A DNA stretch of 64,000 nt from Phallusia mammillata (lineage: Eukaryota). Location of the stretch: positions 11,222,001 through 11,286,000 of the forward strand of contig OZ281494.1 of NCBI GenBank assembly GCA_965637545.1. Direction: 5' to 3'. Both the position numbers and the translations under genes were made by a program. How positions within the stretch are numbered: the first letter of the stretch is position 1; each line of letters opens with the position of its first letter. This document shows, one piece after another, positions 49,501 to 60,049 of this stretch. Below the pieces are notes generated by a model that was not told the DNA's origin, did no database searches, and saw only the letters and a list, made by a program, of their open reading frames with translations.

Positions 49501-52500
49501 TGTCAGTGAATGTTTTATATGTTAATCACATACAGCAGAAAACCCGGCAAGCAAAATGCTATTTAAGCGCACTGGGAAATCTCGAATTTCCTTTTGTGGA
49601 GACCAAATAGTTCGGGGTTCTCGGCGCGCCCAACATTCATGCTTACACGGCATTACATCGCATGACAAGTTCACGAAGAACCATTGAACCAAAGGCACGA
49701 ATACCATGGCGCAATAGGCACCGATCCTCCGAATAGTGGGATTTCCAAACGTGAAAAGCATTGTAGATTCTGAATGGCCGACCTGCAAGGCTGAGCTTCA
49801 CAAGGGGGTTTATCATGTTGCAACGCGCCCCGCACTTTTCCACACAAAACACTTTTCCTGAATCTCGCGTAATAGCCCACATCGACAAAAGAGGCAACAG
49901 CAACAAACACAACATCGAACACATTCAGTTAGGTCACTAGTCAAAATTAAACACTCACCGACAATCACGGGCAACAACGTTCACTTGAAGATTAAGTCAG
50001 TCGTTACAAACACATATTTATCCCTATTTATCTCTAAAAATGCGATACAACCGATTTTACCTAATGCAGTAATAAAGTCGCCTCACTTGACTACGTTGTA
50101 CAGTAAACAAAAACAATCATTGGGATCTGCAGACAATTTGCGTTCCAGTTTCATTGTTACGAACATGTTAGCGATTGTAACGTCATAGCAGGAGTAATAG
50201 CGGGATAAGTTCGGTATGCGAAACTGAATCAATATGTAAATTGCCTACATATTGAGGTAAATAGCACCAAATTGGTTTTGTAGATGTGATCTGGAAATTT
50301 TGGGTTTCAAATGCCTATTTCCTCAGAAATTTTAAGAAAGTTTTCAACCAATTTAAAAACAATTGTTTGTGGTACAGGTGATGACGAAACGTGTGAGCTG
50401 ATTTCAACTGATGTGTGTAACGGACCGTTACCTACTGGTCGTTCATACGAGGTGGCATTTCGGTCCACTGCAGGTACCGCCGCGTCTCCTTTGACTGATT
50501 TTTCAACACCCATCCCTACACTACGTAAGTGCGAAAACAAGCAATCACTGCCAAAAGTCTCATGTGGAAATTAATGATCTAAATTGACATTATAAGTAAC
50601 AGAGTTTTTTTTTTAAAGGCAATTGCTGATGCCATCAGATTTAAGACAATCAAGAGAACCATGATGATTTTTACGTGTATTTAACACTATTTCTCCTAAG
50701 ACATAAGAACATTTTCATGATAAATTACTGTTGTATTAGTTTTGTTTCACTATTTTAAACCAAATAACAAACGTTTTTAGTCAAACAATATATAGTAACC
50801 ATTTTTGTTCTTTCAGCTTGCGCGGAACAGTGTGAACATGGCTCAGATTGTATAGAAGTTGAACTAGAAAGCGGTGAAAATGAATTCAAGTGCGTTTGCC
50901 AGGAAGATAGTTTGGATTGCACAGGTAGTTTAGATTGCTATAAGCTAAAGTAAATACTTTTAACTTAGGAATGAAATGGATCGAGAAACTTGCGTTTATT
51001 TTTGGATCGAGAACTTGCGTTTACTTTTTTGGGCATTTTTTTCAGTGACTTGCGAAGCAACCAGTCACACATTGGATGACGGAAGAATATTTAATTTTCC
51101 AAACACTTTGGCGTTGCTGGTTGGTTATTCCTTGGAACGATGCAACCTCACGCGTAAGTCATTATTTTAAACAGTCAATTAAAACCAGTTTGTTGCTGCC
51201 AGGCATAACCGAAACCTAAAAAAAGTTATTCTGGCAAATGTAATATACCTTTACCAACAAGCTTATCGTTTGGCTTTGTCAGGTCAACCAGTTGCATCCG
51301 TGCCATGCCAACGACACTTCGACGAGGACGCAGAATACTACATTGGAATTTTTGAATTTGATTTATTGGCTGTGATTCCATGTAGTAACAGTTCTATCCC
51401 ATCAATAGTGAACGAGGTAAATAAAAATAGAAATATTATTGCCGTAGTAGGCTAAGCCTAAAGATATCTTCGGTTGGTTGATATTGCTATATCTGGAGTT
51501 GATTAAAATATTTCCATTCCTATAAAGGTCCAAATAACGTTTTATGGCCAGTAACATATATGTTTTTTTGCCTATTGCTCTCTTATACACTGATATGTAA
51601 GCTGGATGGAAGAACTGCAGCGCCAAAATTAGAAACAGTGTTGTTGTCAGACACCAATCTGAATGGCATCGACTCAATTGAAACAAAACTTTTAGCAGAA
51701 AAAGTTTGATTTAGTTAATTGCTGGTGTTGTTGACAGACGGATCTGAATGGAATCGACCCAATTGAACTAGAAGAAGTGTTGGTGGAACTGGACGTTCGA
51801 ACGGCGGATGCAAATAGGCTAAGCAGCGAAGACGTTCAGCACACTGTCGATTTTGTGAACGAACTTGCTTTAAGAAATGACATAGAGGTGCATAATCAGA
51901 TTATACGCAATTAATAAACTACTTTTTACTTTTTCACCAATTCTATATTTCTAATTCCAATTTAAAATCCCATAATACAAGTGGCTTCGAGCATTTTGAC
52001 AAAGGTTTGTAGCATTAACTTGACTTAAAAGTTATTTCAAATTTCGGTGTAAGTTACTTAAAATTTATACTTCGGGTAAATTTGTATTCGTAACACATAC
52101 CGCTTTCTTTCAGATCACACCCACGTCCTATCACAGTATCGTAGCCATCGGGGATCATGTGAGTCGGTTTCGTTCGACCAATCAGAATGAAACAATCGCA
52201 AACCAATCGTCTCTGATTCAATCGTTGACGACTTTAGCTTACTCGATTACTTTTGAGCCGGGTCAAACTAATCTGTCAGTTTTAACACCAAACATTGCAG
52301 CGCAGGTAAAACATAGATCATCAAATCTGCAGATCTCAATGCTTTCGGTGAATTGGAATAAAGTGGATTAAAAAGTTAAAATAATTAAAGTGGAATTGAA
52401 GATCTTCAAAAAGCTAAAATGATTAAAAAAAATGTTTTCTGTAAAAACACCTAATTTATCGTAAAAAAGCTTAATAAAAATTAGTACTACGATCAAAGGT

Positions 52501-55500
52501 TCCAACCTAAAAGTAAAAGCCCGAATAAATTTAAAGCAACTAGTTGAAATCAAAAGCAGTTTTCTGAATGAAGCAATTTGGCAAATAGGCTACACTTACA
52601 CAAAGATGTAAGGGATGTCCGCCTGAAAGCAACAAATCAATGCACACCTTACACCAGTGGTTCTCAAACTCGGTTTTAGGGGCCGCATGCGACTCCCAAC
52701 TACTTATTTTGCGGCTCGCACCAGACCTCAGAAAACCACCAAACATTGCTATTTTAGTTTCAAAGTAATAATCTTTAGTGATTTTCTCAAGGTTTCGTTT
52801 TTTTGCGGCTCCCTATACACACTTAAAAAAATACCATTTGGCCCCGACAACAAAAAAGTTTGAGAACCACTGCCTTACACAAAACCGATGCATAGGCTAC
52901 GTAGCAGTTGAAACTCATGTGCAGCAGTTCAAACTCAATCCTCAGCCCGAAACCAGACCCGAAAAGCCTATGGTCAGACTTACAACTCTGGACTGAAAAG
53001 ACAGGCTCTCCTTAACCACTATGTCGTTGCCATAATATTAACTTGCAATGTATGTTTTACTCTTTAGGTCAGAGATCAATATTCAAATGCATCCTTCGAA
53101 TATGAGCCGGAAATTTACAACGAGAGTGGTTTATTACACACCCCTGCAACAATTGAAGTTCCGGCAGAAGTCTTTAAACGCAATATTGAGAACGGTAGCA
53201 GTACAGTAAGGGGTGTATTTCTCCTACACAACTCAAGCATTCTGTTTATTTCAGGCGAAAGCGCCGATGTGGTAAGAAAAGCGTGATTTGATACCGATAG
53301 TTTTGTCTTTTAACTTCAAGAGTTTAACTTTCTGATTGTTGTTTGAAGGTTATTTCGGCAAATGTTGGCAGAAAACAAGTTTCCAATCTTCAGAACCCGG
53401 TGACCACAGTTTACAACAGTGAGACGACCAACGAAGGTTTTTCACAAAACGATTCAACACTGAAGGTAAATATCTGATCAATATGTTCGTACCTTGAATA
53501 CTTGTAACATTATTTTTGACCATATGTAGGGACAATACGTCAACCAGACTTGTGTATTTTGGAATTTTTCAACTGACACCTGGTCAACAGAAGGGTGCGG
53601 CCTTGTACGAAACTCAAAACCACCACAATGCAAGTGTAACCACTTGACCAACTTTGCACTTTTGGTGGTAAGAAATCTTGATTTACATAATAAATCAAAA
53701 CGTGAATGATGAGACGACTATCTTACCATTTGCAGTGTACACGTTTTTTTTTACCAAATCTAGTTGCACTGCAAACAGGTTCCAAACACCAGTTCTAACA
53801 AAAAAATCAGTATTGTTAAATTAACTGAATGATTTACCATGACCAAACTACTTAATGCTACTCTGAACGCCAGATATAATTGAATAGTCGGGTGTACACA
53901 GCGCTATATTAGACTAACAACTTGTAGGTGCAGCTCAGTATGATGAATAACAAGAAATCAATCGTTTCAGAGTATTTACGAAGCACCAGCACACATATCA
54001 CTGCAAATCGTTACCTACGTCTGCGCATCCTTATCCATGCTGAGTCTTATCGTCACTATTGTCATTTTAGTCGGTTTCAGGTGAGTGGTATGTTTCATAT
54101 GGCAGAATTTTAACGCTACATTGCAGCAATACAGAAACCCAAGACAGACAGCAAGGAAAAGGCGTTTAAATTTATGGTCAGACCATATCATTAATTAGTG
54201 AAAACTGATTTTTTTTATTATTACAGGGAAATCCGAAAGCGAAAACCGATGAAGATTCTAATCAACATATGTGTGATTCTTACGATCGTATTTCTTATAT
54301 TCATGGTTGGAATCGACAACCGCCAAAAGGAAGCCCGATGTGTTGCTAGCGCCACCTTGTTGCATTATTTCTTGATGTGTGTTTGGTGCTGGATGGCTGT
54401 TTATGCCAATTTTCTTTATATCTCCCTTGTCAAGGTAATTCTTATTGCAGCAAGAACTTGGCAGAATGGTTCAGGGCGCCTAACCCATACAACAGCCACA
54501 GCGGAGGTGTTCAAAGTGCGGCCCGCGGCGTCGTTTTACGTGGCCCACAGCTGTTGTTCCAAATTGTGTTGCGAATGACCCGCAACAGTTTGGATAAAGT
54601 GTTTGGGTTGTGGCGTCAGCAAAAATTTTTTTAGACTTTACTTACCGGTAAAAAGGTTTTATACATGTGCTGATGCAACGGTCCTGAGTTCGAACTCCGT
54701 GCTGCTCCGTGTTAGCTCCACTTTAATGCAAAACGGGGACGGGTGCAGCATTTCTTCTAAATTTAAATGTCATAAAAAACACAGATAATGTCGGTTCTAC
54801 CAAAGTGCAAGTCCATCATTTTGGCCAGTTACATATATTGACATTACTTGACTGAGAAATTCAGCACACTCAAATCGATCTGTGTATTTCCTGTTTAAGA
54901 CTGATAATGCCATATTTTTGGGCGAAATCAAGACCCGCAGTGGTTTGTTATAACATATACACAGACTGATTTGAATTTGCTGAATTGTCTGCACAAATGT
55001 ATTTTATTGTCACAGATATTCCAGAAGACCGGAGATTGGTATCTTGTAAAAGCAGGTGTATTTGCGTACGGAGCACCTGCTGTGATAGTCGCACTGAACT
55101 TAGGAATAACTGAAGCAAGAAAATCAGCGCCAAACACATCACCGATATGGAATGAAGGTAACCTACATTCGAGATAATGTTTTTGCTGTAAATAAAGCGT
55201 GAAAGAACGAGAATTATTCGTTTATGCAAATTAGAATATTTTTTTTCTTATCTTGGTCTTTAAACCTTATTTAGACTCTCTTCTTTCCACGAAAGTTGTT
55301 TTTTTTCGCAGGAAGTTTAAATTTCGGCGGGAATGAAGGCCTAAAGTTGATTTAACGCCCGGTGCCCGCTGGGATTTCACTTATAAGACAGTCCACTATA
55401 AAAAAGTTTACAAAAAAAGCCGAATCTTTTAAGCTTTTTTCATGGGTGAAAGAGACAGAATTTTGAAAGTAACAATCCGGAAAATATTTTCCCTTAATAT

Positions 55501-56929
55501 TTCCAGATCCTCCTTCAGCCTTCGTGGCATCGTATCTTGCCGAAAATATGTGCTGGATCAAGAGTTACTCTCTTTACTTTTCATTCCTCCTCCCTGTTGG
55601 AGCAATTCTACTTTACAATGTCGTGGTGTTTGTTCTGGCAATGAGATCAATCACAAGCAAAAACCAAGCAGTGGTATGACAGTTTATGAACTGTGTTGCT
55701 TTCATAACTTACATAAATCAGTCCAAACACATTTGTAACCTTTTAAACTAGCTCTGTCGTACAAACATAATGGTGTTGACGATCAGATGTTATCTAATGT
55801 AGGCTACCTTTACTGTTGGCATGGAGACTTTTGGAAAGTAGCTTCCAACTAAGCACCAATCGCTATTTAATTCAGTTTCCTTGGCGTTAAGTTTGGCCAA
55901 TTTGTTTAAGAAATGAGAATTAGGTTGAGACCACGAACCACGGGTCAATGACCGAAACTTCCAGTAAAAAGTAACATTCTGTAAATGTCCTATGGCATAC
56001 AACGTAGGCCATACAGTTACGCCGTTTGATGCATTGCCCAGATTGAGCTGACAAAAAGGCCAACGCTTTCTTTTTACTTTCAGGGTCAGGCTCGCAGAAG
56101 CAAAAGTCACGTTCCAGTTGCCATGACAATTGCCGTTACTCTTGGAATGGTTTGGTTTCTGGCATATTTTATGATGATCTCCGACAATCCAATTTTCCTG
56201 ACAGTTCTGACCTGGGTGTTTTCCATTGCATCTACTGCTCAGGTAACATTGAGGAGTAATTTTCCACAGAAAAATCAGAATTTTTAAGATAAAACCCATC
56301 ACAGCACTTTTATTTCCACAATAATCATGATATTTAATTCGCAGGTAGAGCTATTAACACCATACCTCCCTGGAGACCCATATTTAGCTAATTTTCGATA
56401 GGTGGCGTAAATAGCTAAATTGTTTATTTAGCGGCTAAAGAGGTGTTGGGAAACATTTGAAAATTTTACATTAGTAACTAAGTTCTTTTGCTAGTTTTAT
56501 TGAATTTTAAATGCTAATATCTTACACCGACCCTAACCGTGAGCATTTTCACGTTTTAAATGTGAAAAGTGCTCTTTGCGCTACCTATCGAAAATTAGCT
56601 AAATGTGGGTCTCACGTGAGATATGGTGTGAGCAGATTTTCCGATTTAGCATTACCACACACTTTACTGCTTCATGATATACATTGCTTAAGGGTATAAA
56701 ATTGAAAAACAATTTTTTGTATTAAACTTTTGCTTTCGGACCTCAGGGTGCCCTGATCTTTCTCCTTACTTGCGTGCGCAAGGGCGACGTCCAGCGGACA
56801 TGGTATCCTTATCTGCAAAAATATACTTGTTTGGGAAAACGAGCCGACGAAGATGCACCGCCGTCCACATCATCACGAATGCAACAACAAAGACGAAGTT
56901 CGCCGACAGCTGAAACCTTTGACGCGTAA
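43586..56929 (+). CDS. Adhesion GPCR: CUB - EGF - FN3 - Thr-rich stalk - uroplakin-3/R3-PTP-like module - EGF-like - HormR-like - GAIN/GPS - 7TM; at least 1180 aa, first exon not found
   Basis: 23 phase-consistent exons: 43586-43750, 45270-45357, 46572-46741, 47209-47331, 47688-47933, 48201-48368, 48544-48729, 48946-49077, 50378-50524, 50817-50924, 51046-51153, 51283-51416, 51738-51887, 52114-52305, 53068-53271, 53349-53465, 53530-53667, 53971-54080, 54227-54434, 55016-55157, 55507-55673, 56084-56242, 56747-56929. GPS motif CVFWNFSTDTWSTEGC...CKCNHL|TNFALLV is followed by seven hydrophobic segments (LLHYF, CWI, LLPVG, LGMVW, QGALIF). Confidence 0.93.
43876..44585. mobile_element. hAT-type MITE with internal TATTTCGTT/CCGGT repeats
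   Basis: TIR CA(A/G)TGTTTCATACCGGAACG, perfect TSD ATTTTAAG (43868-43875, 44586-44593). Confidence 0.88.
44154..44368. mobile_element. hAT (Charlie-like) MITE nested in the 43876-44585 element
   Basis: TIR CAG(G/T)GGTCGGCAACC, perfect TSD GTCAAACG, GCGGACCGG motifs. Confidence 0.92.
44591..44748. repeat. Foldback palindrome / MITE with ~60-bp inverted arms
   Basis: AAGTTTATAGAGCTCTTCTGGCAAGTATTTTTT...GACGTCCTATACAGG versus its reverse complement ending GAGCTCTATAAACTT. Confidence 0.8.
45690..46537 (+). mobile_element. Helentron-associated (HINE-like) non-autonomous element with ~159-bp internal tandem repeats
   Basis: 5' TATTGGGTCCC is inverted relative to 3' GGGACCCATAATA; two ~159-bp units (46138, 46297); A-rich tract; 3' stem-loop GTCCCCTTCAGGGAAGGGGAC. 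Class assignment is inferred from this layout. Confidence 0.65.
48302..48349 (+). repeat. Coding (ACC)16 microsatellite encoding poly-Thr in the GPCR stalk
   Basis: Perfect ACC run inside exon 48201-48368. Confidence 0.95.
50040..50232 (+). mobile_element. Fragment of the 5' region of the same Buster-like hAT family as 4526-5329
   Basis: Matches the reverse complement of about 5030-5205 (TTTACC.TATGCAGTAAT...CCTCACT.GAC.ACG.TGTACAGTAAA; ACGTCATAGCAGGAG; GCGAAACTGAA). No TIR. Confidence 0.7.
52655..52872. mobile_element. hAT (Charlie-like) MITE
   Basis: TIR CAGTGGTTCTCAAACT, perfect TSD CCTTACAC. Confidence 0.92.
56357..56629. mobile_element. MITE with ~45-bp terminal inverted repeats, superfamily unclear
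   Basis: ACACCATACCTCCCTGGAGACCCATATTTAGCTAATTTTCGATAGG versus CCTATCGAAAATTAGCTAAATGTGGGTCTCACGTGAGATATGGTGT. No clear TSD. Confidence 0.75.
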
Positions 56930-57441
56930 CCTCACCCAAATTGGCCGGGATTCAAGGACATCAACAAAAACATTTATTAAATGGAAAATGACAATGAGAA
57001 ACGTAGCAAATGTGGCCTTGTGAGTGAAATCTTCTTGTGAATACCAATGTTAAAAAGACTCAAAATGTTGAAGCTTTTCAGTTCATGTTACGCATTGGGC
57101 AGAGGTAAATGTTTGTCTGAACCGTACTTGTTACACTGACGCAAAGACTTGCACGGATATGGCAACACAAGTGCCAAAACCAGTTCTGTTTTAACGTAGT
57201 CAAAACAAATTGAAGAGCACGTATTACTATGATTTTGCACAACTATTGTTTTAATTGTCTGCTCGAGGAAAAAAACATAAGATCGGTCTGGCTTTTAAAA
57301 GATTTTAAACGCCCTTTAAGATAATTGGTGGTTCAGGTTGTCCTGTATTTTGTTTCATCATTCTCCTTTATGTGTTTGGAAAGTGTTACGTACATGCAGA
57401 TCTGGTAAGTTTTTGTCAACGTCGTTAAGGTCCCTCTAACA

Positions 57442-58216
57442 CAGTGGTTCTTAACCTTTTTGGTGTGGTTTCCCACTAAAGTAAATCACCAAGTCCGAAT
57501 TTCCCACTCTGTTATTTTATAATCATGTTTTGTGTCCAACAAAAAATGATTCTTTAATCAAAATAATTTTGTGAAGCGATTTGGTCGGCACCTTAAAGGT
57601 ATACTGAAATCTTATTTAGTGATTTCGTGGGTAAGTAAAATTGTGTGGGATTTTGAAAAATCTCATGTGCTTGCAACAGTCATTTATCGCACCACAATCA
57701 ACAGACCAAATGCATTTATTCGCAAACAATAACAAAGTCATTGATGCTTTTAGTAATGTCTGTGACGTAACAAACGATTTTTGGATTTTTATGCGCCTTG
57801 TAAAACTAGGTGAAGTTAATCTTACATGTTGTTGCGGAAAATATTGTATTAAATTAACTTTCAATGGTTGATTTCAACCCACGGGCCCGAGTTTGGTGAC
57901 TTCTGACTCACATAATTTCCCTCTAAAAACATTAAATTTCCCACTAGTGGGAAATTTCCCACCGGTTAAGAACCACTGAACTAATCAGATTTACTTCCTT
58001 GGATATTCGAGTAAAACTTAAAACAATTTCCCACTTCCAGACCAGAAAGAATTTCCCACTGCATGGATATTCAGTAATTTCCCACTGGTGGGAAATTTCC
58101 CAGCGGTTAAGAACCAGTGGAGTACACATGGAACAACAAACCCAACTTCAAATTACCCACTTGAAATCCTCAAATTCCCCACTAGTGGGTAATTACCCAC
58201 CGGTTAAGAACCACTG
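57442..58216. mobile_element. Composite hAT element with three successive right termini
   Basis: Left TIR CAGTGGTTCTTAACC; right-end copies GGTTAAGAACCA(C/G)TG ending at 57978, 58118 and 58216; perfect TSD CTCTAACA around the outermost pair. Confidence 0.88.
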
Positions 58217-60049
58217 CTCTAACATAGCCAACATCACACACGAAAGTTGCGACTTTAGATTTAAATCACCTACACGTCCACTCTCTTTACAGCGTCGAAA
58301 TAAATTATTTAGTGACACCCAATTGAAGCATTAGTAATGGATCTTCAATTTGTGACGGCTGTTCACGTTACCTTACCTGATGCAGACAAAAAGGGTTCAG
58401 TTTGAATGTTAAGTTTCATGCCATTTCAAAAATTGGTTGTCAATTTATCTGCGTAGGATGCAGGGACTTTTCTCATTCTGGCAAAAAATGACAGCATAAT
58501 TACAATTCTTGTTTTATTACTTATAAATGGCGCAACTTGTTATTACCGTTGGTCAAATACTGTAAAATCATTGTAGTCTTTGTCCAGTATCCATGAAATT
58601 GGAACCAATCTCTCTGTGTTCAATGCTATGGAGTAGGTAGAAGATTATTTCAGCAGATCATTTTCCCAGACAAGTTTAATTTTAGGTGATTTAAAGTTTT
58701 CCAATGATTAATTATTCATGTACCTATACCTAAATTCACCTACAAAAGCAAATCAGTAGTAATATGTTGGAGGTTATAGACGGAAATATATATTTTTTAA
58801 CATGAACATTAGTAACAACAAGTCACCAGCGCATAAAACAACTACATGCTTCGATTTGCGCAAAGGAAAGGCACAAGTTTATGCATCGCACTAGGCAAAA
58901 AACAGAACTTTCACACCTGATCAAAATGGATGCAATAGGCCGTACCTGAAAGCAGTGTAAAACGGGGGTTGGTGATAAGATAGACCAAAATATATGTTGT
59001 GGCTTTAAACCGTTAAGGGACTCAAAGTTGAAAAAAAGCTTGAACGGCGATTTAACGGGGGAAAGCAATTTCAAACAGTTTACTCCATTAGGTTATGTTT
59101 TCGTAAAACTCAGTTTTGTACAAAAAAAAAATTCTGGAAAATTAAAAAAAAATTTCTGCCGTAACAAATACAAAATACGAGTAACGTCTTGATCGATAGT
59201 AGTGTAAATAAAAAATGAAACTTTCATAGCATAAAAACAAACGTTTTACGTAGGTTAAGTGAAGCAAACAACTGGATAGGTATATTTCGGAGTAAGGTCG
59301 GATGGCTTTAACGTTCTTTTTCGGCAACGCACTTTTATGTCCATGGCTCTAAGATGTGAATCATGTCGATGCCTTTCTATTTTGATTCATTACTTTTTAA
59401 CAAGGTGACACAACACTGATTTATAAGACTCAACGGACATAAAGACAAATCATCATTTTTATCGCATGAAACAACTCATTTTATGTCATGTAACATGATA
59501 TAAGGTTAAAAATTAATATTCTAAATACATTTACTTTTTATATTCACACAGAATACACTACTGTAATTATTAGGTATTGAGTTGAAAATGCAAAAACGTT
59601 TTGATCAAAACACATCAGAACACAAAAAAGCAGATTTGAGGTGTATAAACAGTGACACGCATTACATTAGTGCAGATATGTTGTAAGTATCTAATTGTAC
59701 ACAATAACAAAGCACAAAATAGTGTTTAAGTATATGGTAAAACCATTAGAAGCTACAGCAGAAAGCTAACAAAAATATGAAGTCTTTCAAGTAACACAAA
59801 ACACACTAACGAGACTAACATTACTTTAATAAAAAGAAGAAAGAAAAAGAGCTGAGGGATTTTTGGTGTGGCTGTTTTAAACACCTAGTAATAATATGAA
59901 CATGATTAGCCAGGATCTTACCCATTTACACCTCACCAAAATTATACCACCTATCAAGTGCAATCGACAATATACAATTGCATTGGTCACGTTTCAAAAA
60001 TGCATTGGTTTAAGCTAAATTAACGAGAGCGAAGTATCAATTTTGGAGC

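Noticed and set aside
55790-56302. 170-aa minus-strand ORF
   Set aside because: Antisense to the TM6 exon and flanking introns; no recognisable motif.
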